The notes under the pieces were generated by a model. The model was given only the letters and a program-made list of their open reading frames with translations. It was not told the origin of the DNA and searched no databases. From Octopus sinensis (Eukaryota), in assembly GCF_006345805.1 (NCBI RefSeq), contig NC_043017.1:33542001-33606000 (forward strand): 64,000 nucleotides of DNA. The letters are read 5' to 3'. This document shows, piece after piece, positions 25,601 to 41,789 of this stretch (positions within the stretch are counted from its first letter, which is position 1; every line of letters starts with the position of its first letter). Position numbers and translations under genes: made by a program.

Positions 25601-27400
25601 GTTCTGAGAATGGCTCTTATCTCTTAGAAAAACAAATTGAGGATGGTTATACTGTTCTGAGAATGGCTCTTATCTCTTAGAAAAATAAATTGAGGATGGT
25701 TATACTGTTCTGAGAATGGCTCTTATCTCTTAGAAAAATAAATTGAGGATGGTTATACTGTTCTGAGAATGGCTCTTATCTCTTAGAAAAATAAATTGAG
25801 GATGGTTATACTGTTCTGAGAATGGCTCTTATCTCTTAGAAAAACAAATTGATCATGGTTATACTGTTCTGAGAATGGCTCTTATCTCTTAGAAAAATTA
25901 ATTGAGGATGGTTATACTGTTCTGAGAATGGCTCTTATCTCTTAGAAAAATAAATTGAGGATGGTTATACTGTTCTGAGAATGGCTATATCTCTTAGAAA
26001 AATAAATTGAGGATGGTTATACTGTTCTGAGAATGGCTATATCTCTTAGAAAAATAAATTGAGGATGGTTATACTGTTCTGAGAATGGCTCTTATCTCTT
26101 AGAAAAATAAATTGAGGATGGTTATACTGTTCTGAGAATGGCTCTTATCTCTTAGAAAAATAAATTGAGGATGGTTATACTGTTCTGAGAATGGCTCTTA
26201 TCTCTTAGAAAAATAAATTGAGGATGGTTATACTGTTCTGAGAATGGCTCTTATCTCTTAGAAAAATAAATTGAGGATGGTTATACTGTTCTGAGAATGG
26301 CTCTTATCTCTTAGAAAAACAAATTGAGGATGGTTATACTGTTCTGAGAATGGCTCTTATCTCTTAGAAAAACAAATTGAGGATGGTTATACTGTCTGAG
26401 AATGGCTCTTATCTCTTAGAAAAACAAATTGAGGATGGTTATACTGTTCTGAGAATGGCTCTTATCTCTTAGAAAAATAAATTGAGGATGGTTATACTGT
26501 TCTGAGAATGGCTCTTATCTCTTAGAAAACAAATTGAGGATGGTTATACTGTTCTGAGAATGGCTCTTATCTCTTAGAAAAACAAATTGAGGATGGTTAT
26601 ACTGTTCTGAGAATGGCTCTTATCTCTTAGAAAAATAAATTGAGGATGGTTATACTGTTCTGAGAATGGCTCTTATCTCTTAGAAAAATAAATTGAGGAT
26701 GGTTATACTGTTCTGAGAATGGCTCTTATCTCTTAGAAAAATAAATTGAGGATGGTTATACTGTTCTGAGAATGGCTCTTATCTCTTAGAAAAATAAATT
26801 GAGGATGGTTATATAGAATAGTCTTGACGAGTTACAAGTAATCCACTCATGGGGTTGTGTAAATCTGTTTGCAACTGGGCCATAAATATACTACCCTAAA
26901 CATCATTTGTCCCCTCTAATCCACCAGTTTCCTCCGTAATACTCGATGAGGTTTTTTTTGTGTTCAGCAGGAATTTGGAAACGAGTTTCACAAAGCCCTA
27001 TTCTTTCATTTGTATCATTTCTGTTTTACTGCGATATTTGTTATTTACGAAGCTGGAGCTAATCACGGCTACAGCTCGTATGTTTGGATGAGTGTGTTGA
27101 TGCTTTTGCCTTCTATCTGATTGTGTTGCTTCTTTTATTGTTTTTACTATGGATGTTATTATTTTTTTATTTCTTTGCATTTTATAGCACGTGATATTTT
27201 CTTTTGTTCGTATGTTGGCAGACTTGTCAGATGTTCTTATGGTCATGGGGGTCGACGGCGGGGGTTGTTGTTGTCTCTTTCATGGACGTTTTTTTTTTGT
27301 AAAAACACCGACTTTAAGTTTGGGACATCAATATTTCTGTGTAAACAATAGCCTTGACAACAACGGTCTCTTGAAATCGGTTCGTCTCAGATGAGAAGAT
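16645..27400 (-). mobile_element. Decayed retroelement-like sequence (~1.6 kb without the array) interrupted by the 53-bp satellite
   Basis: The unique flanks 26814-27400 and 16645-17669 join in phase through one repeat unit; minus-strand broken reading ...LVKTILYNHPQFIFLRDKSHSQK*KTFMLGFEEKPL...; pyrimidine-rich 3' region. Family not identified. Confidence 0.45.
17670..26813. repeat. 53-bp tandem satellite, about 170-175 copies (9.14 kb)
   Basis: Unit TTCTGAGAATGGCTCTTATCTCTTAGAAAAA(C/T)AAATTGAGGATGGTTATACTG; recurrent variants C/T in the A-run and ggctcttatc/ggctatatc; no spacers and no ORF. Confidence 0.99.
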
Positions 27401-27944
27401 CATTGTTTTAGTTCAGAACAACTGATATAATCAAACTAACAAATAATAATAATAATGATAATAATGATGATTATTATTATTATTATTATTATTATTATTG
27501 TTGTTGTTGCTAATGCTGCTGCTGATGATGATGATGATGTTGTTGTCGTTGTTAGTAAGAATTACTGTAACAGAAAGACGCACGTCGTTTTGAGGACAGT
27601 TCACTCATATTTTTGATGTTAGATACACAAAGTTTATTTCTATTTTATTTTCATCACCAGTGGGAAAGAATGCTATTCTGAAACTAAAATATAAAATATA
27701 TTTTTAAAATAACAGAAAAGTTGTATAAAAATAAAATACAAAAAATACAAATAAAAAACTGTTTGTTGACCTATTGCACACCAGACAATGTTTTTACAAC
27801 AATTTTCCTGTTTCGATCTAGAGGCAATATGAAGTCCGGTCGAAAATGTAACAAAATATTGGAATTTAGTTTATAAGATTAAATAAAGTTGTATATTATG
27901 AAGTTATTCCTTCGTTGTAGACTTATTGAATTATTTAACACAGT

Positions 27945-28200
27945 GGACTTATTTCCGACTGGAGTATTCTTGCAGAACAAATGTGGTGCCACACGAACTT
28001 AGAGTATTGATGGCTTCCTTTTTAATGTCATAAGATTGCAGAGCGTTACGGAGAAGGTGAAATGTCATCGAAATGTTGAAATGTGACAAACTTTTCCCAG
28101 ATTTACAACACAAAGATACAATAGACTTCAAGTGTTATTGGCAATATTAAAATTAAATTCAAGCTCGGGTGCACGCTTGTGCAGACAAAGGTGAGTCTGG
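27945..28200 (+). pseudogene. Possible Tc1/mariner-superfamily transposase C-terminal remnant
   Basis: Broken frames WSILAEQ..CHTNLE and RVHACADKG loosely resemble the end of DD37D-type transposases; weak match judged by eye. Confidence 0.25.
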
Positions 28201-28519
28201 CGGATTTCGTCCACACCCTTGGTTTAACCTGCGACTAAAGAATGGCTTCTTGGCTAATATTTTGTTTTATTTTTTCTTATCTATCCTCTAATCATTAACC
28301 TGAAATGAGATGGGACGGGAGAAGCACAACATATGATAAAGATATTTTTGGAATAATCGTACGTTTTATAAAGAATTTCTAGAAAAATCGTTTATATATT
28401 TGGAAAGTTCTTCAACGCATTTCATTATTTACGTGATATTACTATTGCCAACGCTAGGTTTAGCTAATGCAACATCTCAGCCGTCTCAATCTCTAGCTTG
28501 CTGTATCAACAGGATGAGA

Positions 28520-30994
<2,475 letters not shown>

Positions 30995-32639
30995 AGCGTT
31001 CGTCTTCCTATTCTACTGGTAATAAATTTTATTATTGAACTCTGATGCATTGATTATGAATTGTTGTAATCAACCAGTGGTTTAAAATTAAATTATGTAA
31101 TGCGCAGCTCCCTTAGGTGTTGTATATTATCCATAATTTTCAAAAGTCACAAAATTTTGTGTGAATATATAAGGTTTCGGAATAGAGGAACTTTTATCAT
31201 TACGGCTTCTCTTTCAGTCTTCTAGTAAATAACCATAAACGCTGTTTCTGGTTAATCAAATTATGTTTCTGTCGCTGTTTGCTCCAGATAAAAATAGAAT
31301 GATATGTAGAGATTTCCTTCTCTTGCACTAAAAGACTAGATATACTGAAAGTGTCTTCTTTCGACGTCGTTGCCTTTCCGACCCGTATCTTTCATCAGTT
31401 TGAATAAGGGCTTGTGTCAGTCAGTTCAACGATAGATTTTCTTAAAACCAGATTAACTTGTTCTGCTGCGCAAGACGCTTAGCACTGATATCAGCTGATG
31501 CAACAGTTAATGTAAGCTGGGTTGAAGTGTCGTTTGCGTTGTAGCGTGCTATCTGGGTGGCCATGTTATTTAAAAATCAATAATTAAACTTAACATTATG
31601 CATTTTATAAATGTAATATTTATTTCTGCCTATGAAACGTATCAAATGAAATATGAACTTTTCGACTGTAAGGAAACATATAAGTTTAATGGAAATCAAA
31701 CAAATTATTTTCTTCTTCCTAACTCTTTTCCTTATAATGATGAGATATCGATCGTGTATATTCATTTCTCTTTAAATATGGCCTTTAATACTCCTTTTCT
31801 GTGAATCATATCCGTACAATGGGCAGGATGAATTGAAGCATTTTTTTTTATTAATTCCAAATATCAATTTTTTTATTTGGTCTGACAGACTCCCAAAGCT
31901 GTGGATATGTTGAAGCACGCCAGTTAACCATATTTTTTTTTGACATGCCTGTTTTGCAATCTTAGGTAAAAATCCAAGAAGGTGGTGTTAGATCAAACTA
32001 TAATGAAACATATCGTTCAGGAATTTTTCTCGTAAATTACGCCTTGATGATCACTGCCGTAACCTGAAATGTGATGAAATCTCCCGAATTATCTTTGAAC
32101 GGAATAACAACAACAACAATAGTAATAATGATGTCATGTCATTCTTCAAGTTAATTGTAACGTGTCGCTCAAGACAACCTGTTGCATGGTCTGCGACAAA
32201 ACAGACATCCATACCAAGCTTATTTTATGTGGCGGGTAGTTTTGTTCGATGCCCTGCTGGAAGGAAAACAAATCCGGTCAAAGGACGAATGAACTCAGTA
32301 GAGTGAGCGGCGATCCGGCAATAAGGGTCTTCCTTTCTTTATTACGGGAGTAAATGGGTTGGCGATGTTTAGCAAATCCCTGGTGAAAGGGTATTTTCCA
32401 AGAGAGTGAGAGAGCGAGAGAGAGAGAGAGGGAGAGAGAGAGAGAGAGAAATCTTCAAAATGAAACTAATCCTTTATATTATAAATATTGTGGGTTGATG
32501 CCGTGGCAGAAAATAACAACCATAGTATGGATCGGATGAGCTCTTGTGTCATATTGACATTCTTCCTAGATATGGTACTTGGTAAAAATACTAAGGGAAG
32601 GAAAAACTCTACGAAAGCGAAGTACTCATGTAAATGATA

Positions 32640-33495
32640 AATACATTTCAAACAAATAATGATGCAAGTGGGGCTGGAACCAATGGCCTCGATGGTCACC
32701 ATCCATCCTATGTGGCATACATGGATACGCTGGACAGGTTTCTACAGGTCGTCGGCATCAAATTACTGACCAGAAGGAAAATGGAAAAAAGGAAGTCAAT
32801 CAGGTGTTTGAGAAATGAACCAAATCGGAGAGGTTACAAAGGCTGAAGCAAGCAAATATGAGAATAAAAGGGTCATTTTTAAGGTCACAGATCAAAGGTT
32901 AGCTGACCAGGCTGGAGAAATTAGAACTAATAAACGGATAACTGAAATTGAAATTTCTGCGATCAGAAGAAAGATTGAATGTGGACCAGATGAGGAAGAT
33001 TTAAGCGAAGAGACAGAAGTCGCGGACATTCGAGGTAACAGTTACAGAAGAATTAGAATTAAATCAAACGATAAATGGAATCACAAACATTAGGGATGCA
33101 CAAGAAGCAGGTTTAGATGAAGAAAGAATACACTATTTTGACAAAAGTACTCGGAGAAATAGAAGATCCTAAGAAAAGGTCCCACCAAACAAAAGATATA
33201 AGAAAAAATAAGGTTACACTAGAAACACAAAAATAAGTGGCATGATATCCGTGGCTTCTACAAACATGATAACCGAAACTAATTCTTTGATAAGTCATGC
33301 GGAAAATATAGTAATGAGAGCATTGTATATATAACAATGTGAAAATAGCACTCCTGGGCACTGCACACATCTTCCTCAAAGCACTTTCAATTACAGTAAA
33401 AAAATAAGAGCACCATAACAAATCCCAGCACATACCCAAGACACACAAATCTGCGCTCGGTAGAGCAGTGAAAGCATGTAATAAAATAAAACTAT
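32640..33495 (+). mobile_element. Internally deleted R4/Dong-clade (RLE) non-LTR retrotransposon relic
   Basis: N-terminal motif RRK...IRCLRNEPNRRGY...VTDQRLADQAGEIRTNKRITEIEISAIRRKIE and ITETNSLI, joined near 33320 to the C-terminal KIALLGTAHIFLKALS and a TAA-rich tail; RT and endonuclease absent. Confidence 0.75.
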
Positions 33496-33641
33496 TGAAT
33501 AATAATGGTTTCAAATTTTAGCACAAGTCCAACAGTTTTGCGGAGAGCGATCTAGTTGAATGTATCCACCCCAAAAGGACAGAAGGTAAAACCGAATCGG
33601 ACAAAATGCCACTACGCATTTCGCCCAGCATTCTAACTATT

Positions 33642-33870
33642 CTTATTTCTTTATTGCCCACAAGGGGCTAAACATAGAGGGGACAAACATGGACAGACAA
33701 ACGGATTAAGTCGAATATATCGACCCCAGTGCGTAACTGGTGCTTATTTAATCGACCTCGAAAGGATGAAAGGCAAAGTCGACCTCGGCGGAATTTGAAC
33801 TCAGAACGTAGCGGCAGACGAAATACTGCTAAGCATTTCGCCCGGCGTGCTCCCGTTTCTGCCAGCTCGT
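33642..33870 (-). mobile_element. Family-A SINE, full length
   Basis: Reverse complement of the 3479-3706 element. Confidence 0.92.
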
Positions 33871-34846
33871 CACTTTAGTAATCGTACTGATAATATTTCG
33901 TATAAACAGAAGTAACTAATACTTAACCTTTACTAGTCTCAACAAATTTGCAATCAGTACTTTATTTTAAACAAGCACTGCATCTCACAATTTATACACT
34001 ACCCACCTTTATAGCCCCAACATATCTGTCATGCCATCTTTATTTGTATTTGTCAAAATAGTTTATATGCCACGCTACATCATAATATATACAGAACAGT
34101 GATGGATGAAGTCTTTTCCATATATGTTTTTAATTATTATTAATTTCTATATTTAATTCCTTCAGTCAATTACTGTGAAAGTAACATTTTCTCCATTTAG
34201 AAAACCACCTTACTTAATCCTAACTTAACCAACTAATTTTTTTTTCTTCGATTTCTTCTCACTTTAACTGCTGTCTGATATTTCTTTTATTTACTGTTTT
34301 CTTTTGCAAAATCTTAAACGGTTTAAATTTATGACACAAATTCCATTGATGTCTGTTTCCTTCTGACTTACTCAAAGTAATTCTTTATCCACTGTAAAAT
34401 TCGTAAGGATATTCTCTTCTCTTCTTGAGCCGTTAAGTAACTCTAATCCACCGCGATCATTTTACTTGGTTTCTATCTAAATCCAACTAATTTTAATGTT
34501 ATTATATTTCAATAAGCACATATAAATAGCAGCACGTGAATGCACGTGAAAACATATGTTATTTCCCTTCAGTTTTTGTTGTAGTTGGATGGAAGATATA
34601 TTTTTAACCAATTCCGCATTTATGCACATTTCTGTTCTTATAAGAGTTCTTCCTTCTGAAACAATATTTCGGTAATCCACTTTCCGTCATCTTTCTCGTA
34701 TCTATAATTTTCTATTCTATTCGGTATTTCACACCCCTAAACAGATTGGCTGAAAATGCTTGGTAAGGATACAGATACATACATACATACACACAAACAT
34801 ATTTACGTACATCTGTACATGTGCATATTCATATATAAATTTATTC

Positions 34847-35206
<360 letters not shown>

Positions 35207-36787
35207 GAGTGATGCAAGATGGGAATCCAATTGCATGTCAGCTTCAGTAAGTAACATTTACCATTTGTTCAGTTCAACGCAGACTTTCGAGCGTAATTGA
35301 GCAGAGAAAAACTAGAGAGAAACTGTGCTAAGGCTCGTCGAAGTCAAAACGTGCGGCCTTTTCGCACAATGTGCCATGCTGTTACGTTGATGCTGTACGT
35401 ATCTATCAAAACTGCAATCACTTATTCGCTAATTCAATGAGCAGAAAATCCAGTTGCTGAAAGAACTCATCCAGACCAATTTTACAAACACAATCACACA
35501 CACACGTGTGTGTACTCGCCCTCGTGTTCATCATGCAGTGTGCTACACATTTACACACCAGTCGGTCGATCAAATGATTTTATGTCTATGTATGTTTCTT
35601 ATGCTCAATCTCTGCTTGTAACTAACATGTGGTATTCACTCCAGCTCCCACTTTCTCTATGTTTCCATCGCTCATTTTCAATGCAAGACTCAGACATGAT
35701 ATCTGTTTTCCCATTATTTCTTCTGTTCTATTTTCATTAATATTCACCATTCGTGATTCATTCGATCACGATATTTCATATACTCAGTGACCTGCAGCTA
35801 CCTGAAATGAAATACATTCAATCACATCTCATCGATGTAAACAATTTTCTCCTATCCCAGAATTCACAAACAATTTCAGTTTTTATAATGATTGCTATTT
35901 CGTTTTTAAACACTGGAAATTCTAGCAAGTGTTGCCCCAGATTTTCCAGTTAATCTTTATCTCCTTGCTGGTACCTTCCAACTACGCATAATGCACGTCG
36001 AATCTTTCGATATCCGCCCTGGTTTTTGTACCATATTAACAGTGGGTGTACATGATTTTGGACATTTTGGTATAAAAAGTTAAGCAAGCTTTTACAATTG
36101 TTGCCCTCACAGAACTTACACATGTTTGGAAGCCACTAAACGTCATCCAAACATACAATCAAATACTATTATCAGCCTTAAGCAAAGATTTCAATAACCA
36201 GTAAACTTTATTCCTTTGGAAGACTTATAAATGTCGCTCTTTCCAAGACTTTTGTATTTCCTTACCACAATAGTTTAAGTTGCAAAGGCCATGTAGTAAC
36301 GTGTCCTCTATATTTTACAAGTTCACTAGAGATCCTATTTATCACTGATTTCTTCCCCCGATGATTTGAACGTCATCCAAACTTCTCCCCAAACATCATC
36401 CATTTCACAATCATTTAAACCAGCGTTTCTCAACCATTCTTTTTACTAATGAACCGCTTTATAAAACGATTCCCTCCAAAAATGAATGTTTGAAAGGGAT
36501 ATGTTCTAAATATAACTCAAAGAGGAGAAAAAAGAAAGAAAGGAGGAAAAAGGAAAGAAGAAAAGGAGGGAAAAGGAAGAAGGATAGAAAGACAGCAAAA
36601 AGACATTCAGTGATGACCAAATTACACCTGTCTTTTATTCTTGATTTTTATTATTTATTTTTATTTATTTTTTTGAAGAAGTCACCATCCTTAAACTCAT
36701 TCCAATACAATGGAAAAAAGAAAAATAAGTGAATGGTGAATAGGAAGGTGGATGCCCCTTCTACTCTCTCTTACTCTCTACCCATCT

Positions 36788-36930
<143 letters not shown>

Positions 36931-37174
36931 CATCTCCATTGTCTTGGAAACTCTCTCAAAAACCAAAAGCAATGTTCTCTTCTAAACAAAACACCCACAA
37001 CACATCTGTTTTATGTAAATGAACAAGCTGTTTGTACATTCACAAAATTGATTTTGACAAGTTCAAGAGAAGAACGAAAGCGCTAATAATATTTAAGAAA
37101 TAAAAATACTTTTTTCCAAAATTCTGATGACCTTTTCTCAATATTCAATTCTGTACATCACACCTAACATCCTA

Positions 37175-37206
<32 letters not shown>

Positions 37207-37263
37207 CATACATACATACATACATACATATACATACATATACATACACACACACACACACAT

Positions 37264-37350
<87 letters not shown>

Positions 37351-37589
37351 AACTTATAAATTATTCAATGCCAATATACTGATAACAGACTTTTAAATCG
37401 TCAATTTCCACATATAATCTACTCGCTACAGATAAAAAACACGAAGAGCTGAAATCGAGGAAAGCCGGCCAATAGAATTTTTTTTAAAGTTCGTTATTTC
37501 TATATTGAATCAATTTTGGAATTAATCTTATAATAGACTTTTCCTCTTCAGTAGAAAATACGAAAGGATATAAATAAGAAGATACTTAC

Positions 37590-37650
37590 ATGCGCCCATG
37601 GAAAAAGCCGAAGCAAAAATCATGAGTACATATAAGTACCCCAGATATAT
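37590..37650 (-). CDS. Candidate 61-nt internal exon of an unidentified gene
   Basis: Minus strand ttttatttttAG|...|GTAAGT; phase-0 reading IYLGYLYVLMIFASAFSMGA is hydrophobic; no homology recognised and such sites also arise by chance. Confidence 0.3.
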
Positions 37651-38455
37651 CTAAAAATAAAATCCTTTGGTCAGCCTCAGCACACGTGTGAACCGTTCTC
37701 CACTACAGCTTATAGTGGTTACCAGTCCCTATAGCGAGTAGTAATAAGTTTACTTTTAATAGAGGCTGAAGTTTTTTTACAGAAAAAAATTCCATCAAAA
37801 AATGTGGCAGCATATTAAAATACCTTTAAGATTAAAATTATAAACAACTTATAAATAAGTCAATTCAAATAAACGAGTAGGATTAACGGTCAACAAGATG
37901 ATATACACAAGTAATGTATTAACTTGACGCTCGGTGTAAATCGCCGCCATAAAAAACCATTCTCGATACGTCAATCTCGCTCTTTTCCCCGACCATCAAG
38001 CTAATACCTTCCTTACGCGCGTCCTCCTGTTGTCCGTTACTTTTACTCGTTTAATTGAAGTAATTGTTTATTTGAATTGACTTTTTACTACTCGCTCGCA
38101 CGGACCGTCTACGTCCGCGTCTTTCCGACTGATTTGGAGTATCTCATTCATGGATTTCTCACTCTCTCCTTGGATTACGTTACCTTAAATTTCCATCACA
38201 GTACGTTGATTCTGCAACTTTGTTTTAATATGTATAATCATCTTTAGCAAGCGCAACCACATGGACACGAGTCATATGTAGAACTGGAGGATGACACCCA
38301 CTCAGGATTGAGTTCCTCTCTCGCAGACTTTCACGGGTTTTCTGTTGTGTTTCAATTCAACATCTGCTAAAACATCTGCACAGCTTTCATATTATTTTAT
38401 AAGTTTCAACTCTAAGGTTGTAGTCATGCCGGGGCACCACCAATGAATAGAAGAT

Positions 38456-38558
38456 GTTTACAGCACCTAGGTCATCCATCTAAATACTTACTAGGTTTGA
38501 TGTTGCTCAACTTAGGGGATCGGACGAGAACCGGTATTTTCAACGTGATATGGCCGTA
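38456..38558 (-). pseudogene. 5S rRNA pseudogene
   Basis: Minus strand tacggccatatcacgttgaaaataccggttctcgtccgatcccctaagttgagcaac...agtatttagatggatgacc-tag-gtgctgtaaac follows metazoan 5S rRNA end to end, with substitutions and a deletion of about 13 nt near the 3' end. Confidence 0.9.
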
Positions 38559-39984
38559 AAAAGATATACAAAGGATATATAAAGTATATCTCAAGTAATA
38601 AATCTTCAGGTGCGATTCACAGGTGTAGAAGGACGGAAAAATATAATCACTGCGATCCGATATACAATTGCATTCGGAAATACCATGGAGAACTGCGTAT
38701 CCGGTGCGGTTATGCAGTTATTTTTCACAGTCAGTTGCAATGAAGCTAAACATTCAGCTACTATTCCCAAGAAATACGAAATCATTCCTTTTAAAATTCG
38801 AGCAAAATAAATAGCAGCCACAATGGGCAACATATTATACATATGATGTGTGTGTGTGTGTGTGTCAACGTTTGAAATTTGATCTTTCGTTTCCAGCAGC
38901 CGAATTCATATTTTCTCCAAATTAAAATGCTCTTTGATCCCTGTAATCAATTCATTAATTACTATCACATGAACTCTGCTTTGAACGTAAATCTTACAAG
39001 TGCAGATGTAAACGTTTCCCTTTGAATTCCATTTTAATGTACTACATTTTACTGGCAGACAGTAAACATCACACGAGTCATAATACTTTGGCTTCAAATC
39101 AAATTGAACAGTTTATAGAAATCTCTTTAACATTCTGCATTTATTTTCAATATTCTTTACTTTTTAAAAAAATATTTTTTGGCTTCTTAATTTTCCTTTT
39201 CCTTTTCTTTGGCATCGCTTCTGTTAAGCTTCGCCTAAATTAAACTGATTGGTTTCATGAATGATTTATTTATTTATCATTTTGCTTCTTTCATTTTATT
39301 TATTTACGTATTTTTCTTTCTGGAATTGTGAAGTTATTCAATCGTTCCTTGTCGGATTTACTTTGATCCAATTACAGTTAAAGATCGGATAAGTATTTAA
39401 AATATTTAACATAGCTTCATAATATAGTTTTATTGCAAAGAAAAACACACATTTAGACATAGCCCTGGTTGTGTGGTAAAACGTTCGCTTCGGAGGCCAC
39501 CTGATTCTGGGATCGATATCAAAGCAAAGCAGGCAAGGATTTTGATCAAAGAATATCCGTCATGTATATATCAAGTGTTTATTTAACACCATTTAAAAAA
39601 AAAATTTCTTACTGCATCTGGAGTAAGGAGCAATGCCTTTTAACTGTACCACCCCATGAGATTGTGACATCAATGCTAAAACAATTTTGTTGAGGTTCCT
39701 TTATGCTATGCAACCTAATAGATCATCAAATAGATATTATTAAATAACTACTGGCTTAAATTACTGCTTTTGTTGATATCAATATCAAAATGTTCTTGAA
39801 GGCATCGCGCGAGCATGAGCGCAGCACAGTAAATGATGCCGATTAAAGATTGATAGAATAGTGTATCCGTTTCATTTGACAATAATTACTGAAAGTAATT
39901 CTATTCGACGGAAGCAGGTTTTACCACTTTGACCTTACGATTACACCTAATACTTTTAGTAATATCTTTGTCTATTATCTTTTG

Positions 39985-40352
39985 CTTATTTTAGTCATTA
40001 TTCAGCGGTCATGCTGGGGCACCACCTTGAAGAATTTTTAGTCGAATGAATCGGCCCCAGTACATTTTCTTAAAACCCGGTACTTATTCTATCGATCTCT
40101 TAGCAGTTATGGGAACGTAAACAGACCAGCACCGGTTGTAAAACCATGGTAGGCGACAAACATAAACACAAAACACACGCGCATATACATATACTCGTAT
40201 ATACATATATATGATGTTTAAGTTTCCGTCTACCAAATCAACTCACGAGAATTTGGTCGGCTCGAGGCTAGTGTAGAAACACTTGCCCAAGGTGTCGCGC
40301 AGTGGGACTGAACCTCGAAGCACGCTTCTTACCACAGTCATACCTGTGCCTA
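39985..40352 (-). mobile_element. Older, diverged family-B SINE
   Basis: gtttccgtctaccaaatc...cacttgcccaaggtg...gcagtgggactgaacc and a tail containing gtcatgctggggcaccacc. Confidence 0.8.
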
Positions 40353-40369
40353 AAATATTTTAATATGTT

Positions 40370-40445
40370 ACTTATTATACCATTAGATACCTTGAATCAA
40401 TATCTCTCTCTGAAATGCTTCCTACATTTAACTGTGAAGAAACCC

Positions 40446-40513
<68 letters not shown>

Positions 40514-41121
40514 GTATGTATATACACCTCTCACCTTCTTTGTTTTTCTTTTGTTTCTCAATTTCATTCGTATTCTAGATTTCTTGTTTCTAGTTTCCCA
40601 TTCTTACACCGCTAATATATGCTCTGCTTCTCACCTTTGTAGACATATCGAGGCAATAGAACATGTTATATTTTTTATTTATTCGGATTAATACCGTTTT
40701 ACACTTTCGTTTGATTCATAAAGCTACCATTAATATGTGAGAGTTTTAAGGGGTGGTAACTCATCTCCGCCACCTCTCATGATTCTCAACGAGTGTCAGC
40801 ATCCAGTTATCATTTCTCTGAAGATATTTAACCAGTTCAGTTCTGGTGGTTTTGTTATAAATTTCAAACTGAATAAAGCCTCGACCTCCTTGGGCTCTGG
40901 AAAGGCAAAGACCATCTAGGCATTGGGGTCGATGTAATCGATTTAGACCTATTCCACACTTGCTGGCGTTGTGTCAAAATGAAAAGCCAATATTCTTCTT
41001 CTTATTATTATTATTAATATTATTATCATTATTATTATTATATATTATTATTATACCATTAGAAACTTTGAATCAATATCTCTCTCTGAAATGCTTCCTA
41101 CATTTAACTGTGAAGAAACCC

Positions 41122-41180
<59 letters not shown>

Positions 41181-41679
41181 ATATACACCTCTCACCTTCT
41201 TTGTTTTTCTTTTGTTTCTCAATTTCATTCGTATTCTAGATTTCTTGTTTCTAGTTTCCCATTCTTACACCACTAATATATGCTCTGCTTCTCACCTTTG
41301 TAGACATATCGAGGCAATAGAACATGTTATATTTTCTTATTTATTCGGATTAATACCGTTTTACACTTTCGTTTGATTCATAAAGCTACCATTAATATGT
41401 GAGAGTTTTAAGGGGTGATAACTCATCTCCGCCACCTCTCATGATTCTCAACGAGTGTCAGCATCCAGTTATCATTTCTCTGAAGATATTTAACCAGTTC
41501 AGTTCTGGTGGTTTTGTTATAAATTTCAAACTGAATAAAGCCTCGACCTCCTTGGGCTCTGGAAAGGCAAAGACCATCTAGGCATTGGGGTCGATGTAAT
41601 CGATTTAGACCTATTCGACACTTGCTGGCGTTGTGTCAAAATGAAAAGCCAATATTCTTCTTCTTATTATTATTATTAA

Positions 41680-41700
<21 letters not shown>
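40370..41700 (+). repeat. Direct tandem duplication, ~0.67-kb unit x2, junction in (ATT)n
   Basis: Duplicated ORF calls 40415/41091 and 40737/41399; at least 5 substitutions between the copies. Confidence 0.95.
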
Positions 41701-41715
<15 letters not shown>

Positions 41716-41727
41716 TACTACTACTAC

Positions 41728-41789
<62 letters not shown>

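Noticed and set aside
17670-26813. CRISPR array or coding repeat interpretation of the 53-bp array
   Set aside because: Units are head-to-tail with no unique spacers and no cas genes; 53 is not a multiple of 3 and stops occur in every pass
38606-39097. ORFs 38606-38842, 38610-38810 and 38906-39097 as a cysteine-rich (WSC-like) exon
   Set aside because: Motif spacing does not match and splice sites are not consistent
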